A stretch of DNA of 64,000 nucleotides from Microcystaceae cyanobacterium (GCA_041746575.1 JBGTGT010000084.1:1-64000); one strand, 5' to 3'; numbered from the stretch's first letter, positions 10,850 through 22,211 are shown. Program-made: numbers and translations. Notes: a model not told the origin generated them from the letters alone.

Positions 10850-12070
10850 TTAACTGTCATAAGAACTCAAGTACTGCCAACAATCTTTAGCGATCGCCCA
10901 GTCTTCTTCTGTGTGAATAACAAACACCTGTACGGTCGACTCGGGGATAGCGATGTTTTCATTTATAATATTTTGATTATTTTTAGCGATATCTAACTTT
11001 AAGCCCAAAAATTCAAAGGCTTCACAGGCTTTTTTTCTTACTAAAGCCGAATTTTCTCCTACACCTGCCGTAAAAACCAGAATATCTAAACCTTGTAATG
11101 TTGCGATAAAACCACCAATGTGCGATCGCAATCTTTCGATATACATCTCGAAGGCTAATTTTGCCCGTTCATTGCCCTCTTCTATTGCGGACACAATAGA
11201 ACGAACATCGGCTGAAATTCCCGAAACTCCTTTGAATCCCGACGATTTATTGAGTAAATTATTCACTTCGTCTGCGGTTAATTGCTGTTCTCGCATTAGA
11301 TAAATAATAATCGCAGGATCAATTGATCCCGAACGCGTCCCCATCATTAACCCTTCTAGGGGAGTAAACCCCATAGTGGTATGAATGCTGATACCGTCTT
11401 GAATCGCTGTCAGGGATGCGCCATTGCCTAAATGACAATTAATCAGTTTGATGCCGTCTAAGGGTTTTCCCAGCAATTCTGAGACCTTTTCAGCGCAATA
11501 TCGGTGGCTGGTGCCATGAAACCCGTAACGACGAATTCCTTTTTCTGTCCATTCATAGGGAATCGGATAAATAGCATTTCGAGGCGGGATAGTAGTATGG
11601 AAAGCAGTATCAAACACGGCAATTTGGGGTATATCCCCTAAAATCTGTTGAATGGCTTCGATTCCTTCTAAATGAGCAGGATGATGCGTGGGGGCAAGGG
11701 GAATCAAATCAGCGATCATTTGCCTAATTTCTGGTGTAATGAGGGTAGATTGGGAATAGTGGCCACCGTGAACGATGCGATGACCAACAATGGCGATATT
11801 CGATAGATCATCAATAACTTTTGTTTCCCCAGTAGTTAGAGTATCCAGCATTTTAGCCATACTTTGGAGGCGATCAGCCGGATCCAAGTTAAATTCTTGC
11901 TTAATTCCGTTTGCTTTGACAGTTAATAAGCCGTAATCTGAGGAAACCGTCCAATCAATATTAGTAGACCAACGAGTTTTGGGAGGATGAGACGGTAAAG
12001 TAGGGGAAGGTAAGTCATAGAGACAGCTTTTTTGACTACTTGATCCTGCATTTAAAACCAGAATTTTCAT
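10850..12070 (-). CDS. ackA: Acetate kinase
   Basis: ILVLNAGSSSQK, GHRIVHGG, FDTAFH, YGFHGTSH, HLGNGAS, TAGVGEN. Confidence 0.96.
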   Translation of the reverse strand: MKILVLNAGSSSQKSCLYDLPSPTLPSHPPKTRWSTNIDWTVSSDYGLLTVKANGIKQEFNLDPADRLQSMAKMLDTLTTGETKVIDDLSNIAIVGHRIVHGGHYSQSTLITPEIRQMIADLIPLAPTHHPAHLEGIEAIQQILGDIPQIAVFDTAFHTTIPPRNAIYPIPYEWTEKGIRRYGFHGTSHRYCAEKVSELLGKPLDGIKLINCHLGNGASLTAIQDGISIHTTMGFTPLEGLMMGTRSGSIDPAIIIYLMREQQLTADEVNNLLNKSSGFKGVSGISADVRSIVSAIEEGNERAKLAFEMYIERLRSHIGGFIATLQGLDILVFTAGVGENSALVRKKACEAFEFLGLKLDIAKNNQNIINENIAIPESTVQVFVIHTEEDWAIAKDCWQYLSSYDS

Positions 12071-12295
12071 AGAAGTTCAGCTTAAAATAATTTCCATTTC
12101 AATGTATCGCTGTTTTGAGTGATGGAAAATGAAGGGTAGGTTAAGAAGAGATAGGACGAAACTCACTAACTTCCCCATTGAGTCGTTATCAATTAAACGA
12201 TTATCTGACAATTCAGGTCTAAACTCCAAGCTGATGTCCTATTTAACGCCTTTTTTAAGTATTTTTTTTCCTCGTCTTCGTCTTTAATGCTACGG

Positions 12296-12862
12296 TTAAC
12301 TCACATTTTGGGCTGAATGGCGTTTTCTTTTCAATTGAAAACCGAATCCAAGTAGTCCTAAACTTGCCAATCCAGAAGACATCGACCCCTCAGGCACATC
12401 TTGAATCATCCCTTCAAAAACCGTATCCCCGTCTATATCCGTCCAAACAGTCACACCGTCAGACAAGGCAGGGTCAAATGTACCGTTCAAACCAAATAAT
12501 AGAACATTAGTCCCACTATTACGAGTATAAAAAGCATTGGCAAACGTGACCATTCCTCCCGTTACGACAAAGGCGGGATCAGAACTGCCTGCTGTATCTA
12601 ACGTCCAGCCACTTCCCAATAAGTCACCACTGGGGGTAGAATCAACCGTAATTGTCAGACCGGTGCCATCGTTGTCTCCTTCGACGAGTCCGCTAATCGT
12701 TCCCGTAATTGTTTGCCCAATATCAGTGTCGGGAATACTCCCCAAACCGGCTTCAAAAGACCAATTAAAGCTTAAGGCCATCGCTGGTGCGGAGATGCCC
12801 AAGGTCATCACTAGCGTGACTAAACTGACCGAAGGATTTCTTAAGATAATCTTACTAAGCAT
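12296..12862 (-). CDS. PEP-CTERM-like surface protein
   Basis: Signal peptide, Gly/Thr/Asp-rich body, C-terminal VPEG + hydrophobic helix + KRKR. Confidence 0.75.
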   Translation of the reverse strand: MLSKIILRNPSVSLVTLVMTLGISAPAMALSFNWSFEAGLGSIPDTDIGQTITGTISGLVEGDNDGTGLTITVDSTPSGDLLGSGWTLDTAGSSDPAFVVTGGMVTFANAFYTRNSGTNVLLFGLNGTFDPALSDGVTVWTDIDGDTVFEGMIQDVPEGSMSSGLASLGLLGFGFQLKRKRHSAQNVS

Positions 12863-12966
12863 AAATTCTTCTATCGAAAGAAATTTTACTTACAATCCTA
12901 ATGTCGCACGCTAAATTTGTCAAGATTCTGCAAGATAATTATAATTAGTCGTTTTATTAAAAGAAT

Positions 12967-13224
12967 TTAAGCTGGGATTTGTTCCCCCGGACGCAAACGA
13001 CTCCATTTGCCTGCCTCTTCTCGAAAACTTTCACAACCGACGACATCCCATTCCATTTCAATATAATCTTGTTTTGGGCGAATATTCACGTTGATAGTGG
13101 GTTCTTTGGGATCAAAGTCAGGATGCTCTGTTAAATGGGGTTGTTGATGCTGATGTTCAACAGCATGATAGGTCAGGCAACGGTTAACATAATGGCAGTT
13201 CACACAAATACACATGGGACTCAA
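12967..13224 (-). CDS. ycf34: Ycf34 family Fe-S protein
   Basis: MCICVNCHYVNRCLTYHAVE...MEWDVVGC. Confidence 0.9.
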   Translation of the reverse strand: MSPMCICVNCHYVNRCLTYHAVEHQHQQPHLTEHPDFDPKEPTINVNIRPKQDYIEMEWDVVGCESFREEAGKWSRLRPGEQIPA

Positions 13225-13287
13225 TTCGATAACATCTTATGCTGTTTAATTTAACTCAAACTTTGAGGTAATAATAGGTTTGGGAGA

Positions 13288-14535
13288 TTGAATTTTTGTA
13301 AAGGTTTCATGCTAGAACAGCAACTTGACCGTTTTGTTAACGATAATCTGCCGTTTGACCGAGATTTGTTGCCTCCGTCTGCTTATTTAGTCGGTGGTGC
13401 GGTTAGAGATGCGTTATTAAACCGTCATCGGGATTATTTGGACTTAGATTTTGTGTTGGCTGAGAATGCGATCAGTGTAGCACGTCAGATTGCCCGTTAT
13501 TACAAAAGAGGCTTTGTGGTACTAGATGATGAAAGACAGATTGCAAGGGTGATTTTTGAGGAAGGAACGATAGATTTTGCTCAACAAGAGGGAGAAACCT
13601 TAGAAATAGATTTAAAACGCAGGGATTTTACAATTAATGCGATCGCCTACCATCTTCGGGATCAGACGTTAATTGATCCGTTACAAGGGTTGGGAGACCT
13701 TGAAAAAGGGGTTTTACGCATGGTATCGCCGGATAATTTGGCAGAAGATCCCCTTCGTCTCTTAAGGGCGTATCGTCAAGCGGCACAACTTCATTTTACA
13801 ATTCAGGAGAATACCCGTTCGGTGATTCAACAGCTAGCCCCTTTAATTTCTCAGGTGGCGGCAGAAAGAGTACAATCCGAACTTAATTATTTACTCAAAA
13901 ATCCTCAAGGTGTTCCGTGGTTAATATTAGCGTGGCACGACCAATTATTATTATTTTGGTTGCCCGATATCACGCTCGATTGTTTAAACTCTTTACAAAA
14001 AGTTGAAAAGCTTTATCATGATTTTTATAAAAAACTGCATCTACATACTAACGAGCTAGATGTTTTATCCTTGAGTAAATTAACCCTTTTATTGTCAAGT
14101 TGTTCAGCAATAGCGCAAACTCAATTAACAGACTTAAAATACGCTCGTTCCGAAATTCGTTCTCTCACAAATGTCGTGAATTATTTAAAAAAATTAGCTC
14201 AAAACAAGGGCTTAATCTCATTAAAAGATAAATATTTTCTCTTTGTTAATCTAAAGAATACCTTTCCAATTTTAGCCCTATCTGCTTTGGCTTTGGGAAT
14301 TGCTGAAACAACGGTGCTAAGCTTGATTCAACATTATCAAAACCCTCAAGATTCTCTCGCTCATCCTCATTCCATTGTAACGGGTCACGATTTGATTGAA
14401 TCTCTTGATTTGAAACCCAGCCCTTTAATTGGTCAACTTTTAACTGAGCTTCAACTGGCGTATATTGAGGGAAAAATTAAGACCCGCCAAGATGCAATTT
14501 GTTATGCTGCGCAAATGATTATTAATAAACCCTGA
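13288..14535 (+). CDS. tRNA nucleotidyltransferase, probably the CC-adding type
   Basis: VGGAVRD, DLDF, RRDFTINA, DPLRLLR. The flexible loop before motif B is short and there are no DHH/CBS domains. Confidence 0.85.
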   Translation: MNFCKGFMLEQQLDRFVNDNLPFDRDLLPPSAYLVGGAVRDALLNRHRDYLDLDFVLAENAISVARQIARYYKRGFVVLDDERQIARVIFEEGTIDFAQQEGETLEIDLKRRDFTINAIAYHLRDQTLIDPLQGLGDLEKGVLRMVSPDNLAEDPLRLLRAYRQAAQLHFTIQENTRSVIQQLAPLISQVAAERVQSELNYLLKNPQGVPWLILAWHDQLLLFWLPDITLDCLNSLQKVEKLYHDFYKKLHLHTNELDVLSLSKLTLLLSSCSAIAQTQLTDLKYARSEIRSLTNVVNYLKKLAQNKGLISLKDKYFLFVNLKNTFPILALSALALGIAETTVLSLIQHYQNPQDSLAHPHSIVTGHDLIESLDLKPSPLIGQLLTELQLAYIEGKIKTRQDAICYAAQMIINKP

Positions 14536-14550
14536 AAAAAGCTAAAAATT

Positions 14551-14577
14551 AGATGCGCTATCCGGAATAACGCACCT
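14551..14577. terminator. Hairpin between convergent genes (REP-like/terminator)
   Basis: AGATGCGCTA-TCCGGAA-TAACGCACCT imperfect inverted repeat. Confidence 0.4.
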
Positions 14578-14607
14578 CTTTCTAATCAATACAATCTAGT
14601 TTACACC

Positions 14608-14892
14608 CTAAAAGGCTTGACCACTAAGAGGAGTAATAGTTTCGTAGGCTTTCTTCCCCTCTTTCTCGTCAAATATGGTTAAAGATTGAGGTTTACAGCG
14701 TTTAATCTTTGCCTGAATGCCTTGAGCTTTTTCGGCTTCTAAATCCTCAACATAACCTTTTTGAACGGTAAGGGCGTCTTGTTCATCGAGAAAGGGACCA
14801 AAATAATAAATACATTTGGGTTGATCTGTTTTAATTTCAATCCAGCAGGCTACACCCATAAACTCTAACAATTTGATTAGTAACTCTTTCAT
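14608..14892 (-). CDS. DUF1816 family protein
   Basis: WIEIKTDQPKCIYYFGPF...GYVEDLEAE...KRCKP. Confidence 0.8.
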   Translation of the reverse strand: MKELLIKLLEFMGVACWIEIKTDQPKCIYYFGPFLDEQDALTVQKGYVEDLEAEKAQGIQAKIKRCKPQSLTIFDEKEGKKAYETITPLSGQAF

Positions 14893-14991
14893 CTGCTTTC
14901 CCTGTTTGGTAATTTTAAGAGATTATTTTAACTTTAACTTAAGGGTTTTGCTACCTTAATACGGTTCCGTCTTCACTTTGGTAAGTACTGC

Positions 14992-15891
14992 TTATATATT
15001 TTCTAAATAAAGCTTAGCAGACCCCCTTTGACGATAGACTTCATAAACAACGATGGCGGCGGCAACAGAAGCATTTAAGCTAGGGGTTTTTCCACTCAAG
15101 GGAATGGAAACCAACTCATCACAATGGCGTTGTGTAAGGAGACTTAACCCGTCACCTTCTGAACCGATAACTAATCCTATCGCACCCTTAAAATCAATAC
15201 TGTGTACGGCTTTACCATTCTCTGCCACCGTGCCATATAACCAAAATCCGGCTTCTTTTAAGGTTTCTAAGGCACGACTCAAATTAACGACTCGTGCCAC
15301 AGGTAAGGTTTCTAATGCGCCAGAGGCTACCTTCATGACGGTGGAGGTAATTCCCACGGCACGACGTTGAGGAATCACCATGCCCTGTGCGCCAAGGGCT
15401 TCAGTGGTACGTATAATCGCACCAAAGTTATGGGGATCAGTAATACTATCAGCAATCACAATAACAGGATCTTTAGTACTTGCTTTTGCTTGAGTGATTA
15501 ACTCTGCCAATTCTACATAGGCATAGGGGGCAATTTGAGCCGCAATCCCTTGATGCGTGCCACCTTGGGTAATTTGATTGAGTCTGGTCATGTTGACTTC
15601 ATCAATCACTGTTCCTTTCGCTTTAGCGGCTTGAATCAGAGCATGGAATTGGGCTTCATAGTGCAGACGGTTGGTAATCCAGATACGGTTAAGAGAGCGA
15701 TCGCTTTCCAAGGCGGCTAATACCGAATGACGACCAAAAATAAGGTCATCGGTGTCATTTTCTGTTGAATTCTTGGGTCTTTCTCGACGTCTAGAGTCAA
15801 AACGCCTAGAATCAACCCGTTTAGCAAGGGGATGAGATTTTTTTTGGGGTTGAGGTAAACCCGAAGAGGAGGAGTTAGAAGTCATTATCAT
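14992..15891 (-). CDS. rlmB: 23S rRNA Gm2251 methyltransferase
   Basis: [27 protein letters not shown] (SPOUT). Confidence 0.92.
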   Translation of the reverse strand: MIMTSNSSSSGLPQPQKKSHPLAKRVDSRRFDSRRRERPKNSTENDTDDLIFGRHSVLAALESDRSLNRIWITNRLHYEAQFHALIQAAKAKGTVIDEVNMTRLNQITQGGTHQGIAAQIAPYAYVELAELITQAKASTKDPVIVIADSITDPHNFGAIIRTTEALGAQGMVIPQRRAVGITSTVMKVASGALETLPVARVVNLSRALETLKEAGFWLYGTVAENGKAVHSIDFKGAIGLVIGSEGDGLSLLTQRHCDELVSIPLSGKTPSLNASVAAAIVVYEVYRQRGSAKLYLENI

Positions 15892-16337
15892 TCACTATCT
15901 AAGGGTATTTTGTCTAATAATTCTTGTAATCTTGGTAAATCATACAAATAAAGATAACCAATCAACGTTTCTAAGCTAGTAGCTTGTTGATATAGCTCAG
16001 GGGAAACTCGTTTTGTCCGTCGAGGGGACGCATTTCTCCCCTGACGAACGATATTTTTTTCCGCATCGGTTAGGTAAGGATAGAGGGCTTGCAAGCATTC
16101 GGCTTGGCTTTCTGCCCGTACTTTCCTGACGACTTGACGATGATAGTCATTCATGCGTTTAGGCGGACAAAGGTAGGCAGTTCGCATAAACAATTCATAA
16201 ACGGCATCCCCTAGATAAGCCAAAGAAAGGGGAGATAATTGTCGAATTTGAGCAATTGAATCGACTGAATCCCTACAGACGGGAGATAACCAGTCTGCCA
16301 AAAAAGGAGAATCACGAAGGGGAGAAGAAGGAGTCAC
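15888..16337 (-). CDS. mrnC: Mini-ribonuclease III
   Basis: [28 protein letters not shown]; upstream of rlmB. Confidence 0.9.
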   Translation of the reverse strand: MTPSSPLRDSPFLADWLSPVCRDSVDSIAQIRQLSPLSLAYLGDAVYELFMRTAYLCPPKRMNDYHRQVVRKVRAESQAECLQALYPYLTDAEKNIVRQGRNASPRRTKRVSPELYQQATSLETLIGYLYLYDLPRLQELLDKIPLDSE

Positions 16338-16497
16338 ATTGATTGAACAAGGATTCTAAAGAGGGAATGCAGAAAGCATTTAAACAGTAAGTCTTAATCA
16401 AAAACGATGAAACAATTACTAAATTCTGGTCGAAAGCCTCTTTTTTTAGGAAAACTTTCTGATCCACTGTTGATTGCCCATGATTTCTGATTGCGGC

Positions 16498-16866
16498 TTA
16501 CTTTTTCGCAAGATTGGCAAGGGCATCGTCTAGAGAAGTCTGAAGAGACAAAAATTTCTCCAAGCGAACCAATTTAACCGTTTGAGTGACACGAGGGTTG
16601 CTGACAACTTGTAGGCTTCCTTCTGCTGTTTGGGTTTTTTTGACCAACTGAACTAAAGCCCCTACGCCAGAGCTATCGATAAAATCAATACGAGAGAGGT
16701 CAAGAATGACATGCTTTGGTCCTTCATCAATTAATTTACCGATTTCTTTACGAAAGGCAGGTTCAGAGAAAGCATCTAGCAAACCTGTCAACCGAAAAAT
16801 TTGATAGTTTTCACCGACTTCATGAGTTCCTCGTAAACTCACGGTCAGTTTTAGCGGTTCTGGAAT
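16498..16866 (-). CDS. STAS-domain anti-sigma-factor antagonist, probable ATT start
   Basis: LDLSRIDFIDSSGVGAL; strong SD AAGGAGG immediately before ATT ATT CCA. Confidence 0.8.
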   Translation of the reverse strand: MPEPLKLTVSLRGTHEVGENYQIFRLTGLLDAFSEPAFRKEIGKLIDEGPKHVILDLSRIDFIDSSGVGALVQLVKKTQTAEGSLQVVSNPRVTQTVKLVRLEKFLSLQTSLDDALANLAKK

Positions 16867-16956
16867 AATTCCCTCCTTCGAGCATTCAGGGGTTTTCAAG
16901 TCAATGGTAAAGTATAACGCGTTTTGCTCAAACTGCATTCCCCTTTTTAGAGAATC

Positions 16957-18495
16957 TTAATGAAGAAAATGACGTATCCCTGTCAAAATCATTACCAATC
17001 CCAATTCATTGGCCGCTTGAATAGAGTCTTTATCCCGTAATGAGCCACCTGGTTGAATGATAGCCGTAATTCCGGCTTCTGCGGCTATTCTGACAGAATC
17101 ATCAAAGGGGAAAAAGCCATCGCTGGCTAAATAGGCTCCTTTTGTCGCTTTTCCTGCTTGTTCTAAGGCAATTTTAACTGAACCCACCCGATTCATTTGT
17201 CCTGCTCCGATGCCAAGAGTCGTTTGCTGGTTTGTCACCACAATGGCATTAGATTTAACGTGTTTCGCTACTTGCCAAGCAAAAGTTAATTCCGCTAAAT
17301 CTTGAGGACTGGGTCGTTTTTCGGTGACAATTTGCCATTTATCTGGGCTTTCTTCGGCGTTATCCCCATCTTGGACTAAAAATCCTCCTGCAATCATTTT
17401 AATCGTCTGTTTTACTCCTTGCTCTAAATCAGGTAAAAGCAAAACTCTTAGGTTTGTTTTCTTGCTTAAAATCGTTTGGGCGACTTCATCACAATCGGGG
17501 GCAACCACACACTCTAGAAAGGTTTGGGTTAAACGGTTAGCAGTGACGGTGTCAATCGGTTGGTTCAAAGCGACAATGCCGCCAAAAGCGGAGGTAGAAT
17601 CAGCATTAAAGGCTTTTTCATAAGCGTCTGCGAGGATACTGCCTTGGGCGACGCCACAGGGGTTGGTGTGTTTTAAGACTGCGGCTGTAGGTGTTTGTGA
17701 GCCAAATTCAATAATAATACGTCTGGCGGCTTCTAAATCAACCAAATTGTTATAACTTAGTTCTTTTCCTTGCAATTGAATGGCACTCGCCCACCCAGAA
17801 GGCTGTGTTCCGGTTTGATACCATGCCGCGCTTTGATGAGGATTTTCGCCGTAACGAAGGGTTTGAATTGTTGTGCCGCTTACCCCAAAATGTTCGGTTG
17901 TATTAGTTGATAATTGAGTAAAATAATCAGAAATTGCTTGATCATAAGTGTTAGTTAAGGCAAAGGTTTCACCCGCCATCCTTTGACGAAAAAGAAGAGA
18001 TACCTCCCCATTATTTTCTCGCAATTCCTGTAAATATTCACCATAATATCTAGGATTAGAAAGTACCGTTAAGTTAGCATAATTTTTCGCTGACGCTCTT
18101 AGCATAGCAGGCCCACCAATATCAATTTGCTCAATTGCTTCAGCAACGGTAACCCCTTCTTTGGCAATAGTTTGTTCAAAGGGATAGAGATTCACCACGA
18201 CTAAGTCAAAAGGGGTAATGTTATTGTTGCTCAAGTCCGTTTGATCTTCGGGAACGTCTCGACGGGCTAAAATACCGCCATGAATGCGAGGATGAAGGGT
18301 TTTGACTCGTCCGCCTAAAATTTCAGGGGAGCCTGTGTATTCACTGACTTTGGTGACGGAAATTCCTGCTTTTTGTAAGGTTTTGGCAGTTCCCCCGCTA
18401 CTAATTAGAGAAAAAGCAAATTCTTGGACTAATGTCTCGGCAAATTCGACGATTCCCGTTTTATCTGACACACTGAGGAGTGCTAACCTTGTCAT
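16957..18495 (-). CDS. purH: AICAR formyltransferase/IMP cyclohydrolase
   Basis: LLSVSDKTG, GRVKTLHP, LRYGENPHQ, GIRHFLH. Confidence 0.97.
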   Translation of the reverse strand: MTRLALLSVSDKTGIVEFAETLVQEFAFSLISSGGTAKTLQKAGISVTKVSEYTGSPEILGGRVKTLHPRIHGGILARRDVPEDQTDLSNNNITPFDLVVVNLYPFEQTIAKEGVTVAEAIEQIDIGGPAMLRASAKNYANLTVLSNPRYYGEYLQELRENNGEVSLLFRQRMAGETFALTNTYDQAISDYFTQLSTNTTEHFGVSGTTIQTLRYGENPHQSAAWYQTGTQPSGWASAIQLQGKELSYNNLVDLEAARRIIIEFGSQTPTAAVLKHTNPCGVAQGSILADAYEKAFNADSTSAFGGIVALNQPIDTVTANRLTQTFLECVVAPDCDEVAQTILSKKTNLRVLLLPDLEQGVKQTIKMIAGGFLVQDGDNAEESPDKWQIVTEKRPSPQDLAELTFAWQVAKHVKSNAIVVTNQQTTLGIGAGQMNRVGSVKIALEQAGKATKGAYLASDGFFPFDDSVRIAAEAGITAIIQPGGSLRDKDSIQAANELGLVMILTGIRHFLH

Positions 18496-18641
18496 TGTTT
18501 TGAATGATTTTTACGAATTATTTTTACGAATTATTTTGTTTATTGTAACCTGAGTTAGGAAACGAGAAACAGAGAACCGGCGATTTTTAAGGGTTGATAA
18601 AATTTTAGTTTTTAACGAGGATGGGTTGGCGATTTATTGTT

Positions 18642-19955
18642 TTATAACCCATTACCGATCATATTTTTTAATGCTAAATAATCCACTTTTCCTTGCTCGT
18701 TTCTGGGTATTTTAAGAACTTTTACCCATAATTTGGGTTGTTTATATTTGGACAGTTTAGGCATTAGAGATTTTTTGAGAATATTATCTGTGACCTCATC
18801 GGAAGTGGGTACATAAAATCCAATGACTTTTTCTCCCCAATAAACATCAGGAACACCTAAAATGACAATATCTTTTACAAGTTTTGTGGCGCGAATCACT
18901 GCTTCGACTTCTACTGGAAAAATGTTTTCGCCACCGCTAATAATTTTATGGTTTTTTCGACCTAAAATGGTTAAATATCCTTGTTCGTCTACCATGCCTA
19001 AATCGTCAGTTTGAAAGTTTTCTCGGTCTTGAAAGTAATCGGGATAATAACCTAAACATAAAGATGAAGCTTGAAGCGTAATTGTCCCTATTTCATTAAT
19101 TTTAACTTTAGCATGAGGTAAAATTTGACCGCAATTGTTTATTCCTGCCAAAAAATCTGCTGGTTTAAGGGTTGCTATTTGAGAGGCTGTTTCTGTCATT
19201 CCATAAGTTAAAGCAAGGGGTAAATTTGCTTTTCTGGCTTGGGTTAATAAATCTGGCCAAGCGGGCGCGCCTCCCAGTAAAATGGTTTTAAATTGAGATA
19301 GCCAATTTGTCAATTTGGACTGATTCAGAAAATAAGATAATTGGGTCGGTACAAGGGAAATAAAATAAGAAATAGGATCAAAATCATTGTCCGATTCTGT
19401 CTTAATTGATTCAAAAGAAGAAGCAATAAAATCTCCGCCTGAAATAAGCGATCGCACAAACTGCATTAACCCACCGACGTGATAAAGGGGAAGCACACAA
19501 AAACTATTGACATTTTCTAAGGCAAAATAATGGATAAACCCTTGGGCAGAAGTCATTAAAGTTTGCCAACTATGCATGGTAAAACGAATCTTTCCAGAGG
19601 TTCCTCCCGTGGAAATCATAATTGAAGCTTCAGCACAATCAAGGGATTTTTTGGGGAGGTGTAAAAGTTTATTCTGAGGACAATTTCCTAGAATTTGATG
19701 AGGTTGAATACAATCAATAATTTGCTTCCATTCAGATAGTTTCCAATTGGGATTTGCCAAAAAAAGTTGGTGATGAGTAGAAGTAATAACGCTAAAATAA
19801 GCAAGAAATTGTAAAGGATCTCGTTCTGCTAAAATAATGCGTTGAGTGGGTTGGTTTTCAAAAAAGGGTATCAAGGATTCTACGAGCAGCAATAATGTTT
19901 GATAATAAGGGTGTTTTTGGGCGTTTAAACGTAAATAAAACAAAGGTGTATTCAT
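18642..19955 (-). CDS. menE: o-succinylbenzoate-CoA ligase
   Basis: STGGTSG, LPLYHVGG, YGMTETAS, SGGENIFP (ANL family, cyanobacterial MenE type). Confidence 0.8.
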   Translation of the reverse strand: MNTPLFYLRLNAQKHPYYQTLLLLVESLIPFFENQPTQRIILAERDPLQFLAYFSVITSTHHQLFLANPNWKLSEWKQIIDCIQPHQILGNCPQNKLLHLPKKSLDCAEASIMISTGGTSGKIRFTMHSWQTLMTSAQGFIHYFALENVNSFCVLPLYHVGGLMQFVRSLISGGDFIASSFESIKTESDNDFDPISYFISLVPTQLSYFLNQSKLTNWLSQFKTILLGGAPAWPDLLTQARKANLPLALTYGMTETASQIATLKPADFLAGINNCGQILPHAKVKINEIGTITLQASSLCLGYYPDYFQDRENFQTDDLGMVDEQGYLTILGRKNHKIISGGENIFPVEVEAVIRATKLVKDIVILGVPDVYWGEKVIGFYVPTSDEVTDNILKKSLMPKLSKYKQPKLWVKVLKIPRNEQGKVDYLALKNMIGNGL

Positions 19956-20113
19956 AAGACTGGATCAAGGATATTTTATCGTTCTAGTGATTAATTATTT
20001 TACAATATTAAAGAAGAAAAATTAAAATTCTAAAATCTAAAATTACTTGACTTTTTTTGCCTCAAATGGTATGTTTTAAGGAATCGCTGAATATCTTAAA
20101 GGTAAGTTATTGT

Positions 20114-20920
20114 ATGACAGCCGATAGCCATGGAGTCTTCTACGTTGCAGCCGGTAAAAAATATGTTGACGAAGCTTGCCGTTCTGCACAAAGCCTAAAA
20201 ACACTTAATGCTTCCTTAAAAATATCAATTGCTTGTAATCAAAACCCAGAAAAAATAGATTTATTTGACCAAATTATTCTGGTAGACGAAACGGTAAAAT
20301 CAAGAAATGAGGGTTTATTATTTAAAACAAAATATTTATACACCCTATCTCCTTACAAAAGAACGCTTTTTGTCGATACAGACACCTACTTTATTAAAGA
20401 TGTTGAATCCGGTTTTGCGACATTAGACTATTTTGACGTAGTGACGACTTTATCGATTGCTGATAAACACTATCCGACCTTATCTACTGGACAAAAAATT
20501 GATTGTAAACCTGTCAATACAGGAGTCATCTTTTTCCGGAAAAACGAAGCCAATGATCACCTTTTTAAAGAGTGGTTAAGACTTTATCTAGATAAACTAT
20601 CACAAAACCCTAACCTTCGGGAGAGCGACCAAACTTCCTTTACCGAATCATTGATGTACGCCGCTTCAAGATTTTATCCTTTACCAATCGAATGGAACAC
20701 TCGTTTTTGCTTTATTAATACCTTACAAGAACCCGTCAGAGTTCTTCATGCCCAATCTAAAAATATCGAAAAAATTGCAAGTCTTATTAATACCGATGCA
20801 AACCAGCTCCGAGTCTGGATTCCTCATTTAAATAAATGTATTGTTCATCGTCCTTATAATTGGCGACATGCCCTAGGCAAACTCAAAAGTCAATTATTCA
20901 ACGAGTCGCCCTATTCTTAG
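20114..20920 (+). CDS. GT-A fold glycosyltransferase-like protein
   Basis: SPYKRTLFVDTD (DxD), NTGVIFF, DQ, LPIEWN; probable ATG 20114. Confidence 0.65.
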   Translation: MTADSHGVFYVAAGKKYVDEACRSAQSLKTLNASLKISIACNQNPEKIDLFDQIILVDETVKSRNEGLLFKTKYLYTLSPYKRTLFVDTDTYFIKDVESGFATLDYFDVVTTLSIADKHYPTLSTGQKIDCKPVNTGVIFFRKNEANDHLFKEWLRLYLDKLSQNPNLRESDQTSFTESLMYAASRFYPLPIEWNTRFCFINTLQEPVRVLHAQSKNIEKIASLINTDANQLRVWIPHLNKCIVHRPYNWRHALGKLKSQLFNESPYS

Positions 20921-20928
20921 AAAATTAC

Positions 20929-21516
20929 TTATTTTTTTCGTTCAAAGCGAAAAGGAGAAAGTTGAAACCGTTTTCCTGAAACATCGCGCCGTAGATAAGT
21001 CCACCAACAATCGAGGGGATAATATAATACGGGTGTCCAAAGACTGCTTAAAATAGCTGAAACAAGGGAAATTTGCTGATAATTTTGCCAAACTTCTGCA
21101 ATCGGCCGGGCGTTACTTAAGGTAAATTGTAAGGCGGTAAACGTTTCTGCCATCATGACCATGACAAAGACGATTAACACCACTGAAATCATCGCTTCTT
21201 GAATATAGCGTCGTTGACTGAGCGTGGCAATAAATACGCCCACAATCACTAAGGAAATAACATGGGATGGATAAACGCCTGTCAACCCATCTTCAATCAA
21301 TCCTAAGCTTAATCCAGCGCTAAATCCCTGAAAAACCGTTCGCTTTAAACTCCAACAGACAACCCACATTAACACCCAGTTAGGGGCAATTTCCAATAAT
21401 TCCGTACTGGGAAGGCGACTGAGAGATAATAAAAGACAGAGAAAGGCTGATCCCCCAATGACCAAAATATTGAGGAAATGACGATATTTCAAACATAATT
21501 TTGCTAGATTATCCAT
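20929..21516 (-). CDS. mreD: Rod shape-determining protein MreD
   Basis: PNWVLMWVVCWSLKR...GLIEDGL...SAILSSLWTP, cyanobacterial MreD pattern. Confidence 0.8.
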   Translation of the reverse strand: MDNLAKLCLKYRHFLNILVIGGSAFLCLLLSLSRLPSTELLEIAPNWVLMWVVCWSLKRTVFQGFSAGLSLGLIEDGLTGVYPSHVISLVIVGVFIATLSQRRYIQEAMISVVLIVFVMVMMAETFTALQFTLSNARPIAEVWQNYQQISLVSAILSSLWTPVLYYPLDCWWTYLRRDVSGKRFQLSPFRFERKK

Positions 21517-21611
21517 TTTTTATCATCCATTGCTGATGATCGATTATTCTTGTTTAGACCGCTTTAATTTGGATTTTCTGCTTTACCTCCTGCCGCTTCT
21601 GAGTCACTTCT

Positions 21612-22211
21612 TTAAACATTATGTCGGCTTGTTCTTTCATGTTGAGGACGACAAGGATTTCCCCAAGCGACTTGGTTTTCGGGAATATCCTTAAAAACAC
21701 TGCTTCTTGCTCCAATTACTGAATTTGCCCCAATAATAACCCCTAACCCAATAAAGCAGTCTGTTGCTATCCACGCTCCATTACCAATCGTAATCGGGGC
21801 AGTTTTTAGGCGGAAGGCGATGTCTTCAAAATCGTGACTTCCTGTACAAAGATAGCAGTCTTGAGAAATGACGCATTGGGAGCCAATTTTAATCTGATCT
21901 AAACTGTAGAAAACCACATCATCCCCAATCCAACTATAGTCGCCAATTTCTACTTTCCAAGGATAGGTGAAACGGGCAGTAGGGCGAATCCTGACCTCTT
22001 TTCCCAGTTTTGCGCCAAATAACCGCAATAACGCACAACGGAAACCGTGGGCATTGTGCAGACTCAACGGAAAAGCGATCGCTTGTACGAACCACCACAG
22101 TAAAATCATTCCCCCACCACGACCCCGATTAAACCAAGATTGGTCATATTGACGCAAATCTCGCCACGGTTCAGCATCTACAACGGGAGAAACGGGTTTA
22201 AGCTTATCCAT
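21612..22211 (-). CDS. hpsU: WcaF/HpsU-type polysaccharide acetyltransferase
   Basis: Hexapeptide repeats, LLRLFGAK, YPWKVEIG, LCTGSHD, GNPC. Confidence 0.8.
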   Translation of the reverse strand: MDKLKPVSPVVDAEPWRDLRQYDQSWFNRGRGGGMILLWWFVQAIAFPLSLHNAHGFRCALLRLFGAKLGKEVRIRPTARFTYPWKVEIGDYSWIGDDVVFYSLDQIKIGSQCVISQDCYLCTGSHDFEDIAFRLKTAPITIGNGAWIATDCFIGLGVIIGANSVIGARSSVFKDIPENQVAWGNPCRPQHERTSRHNV

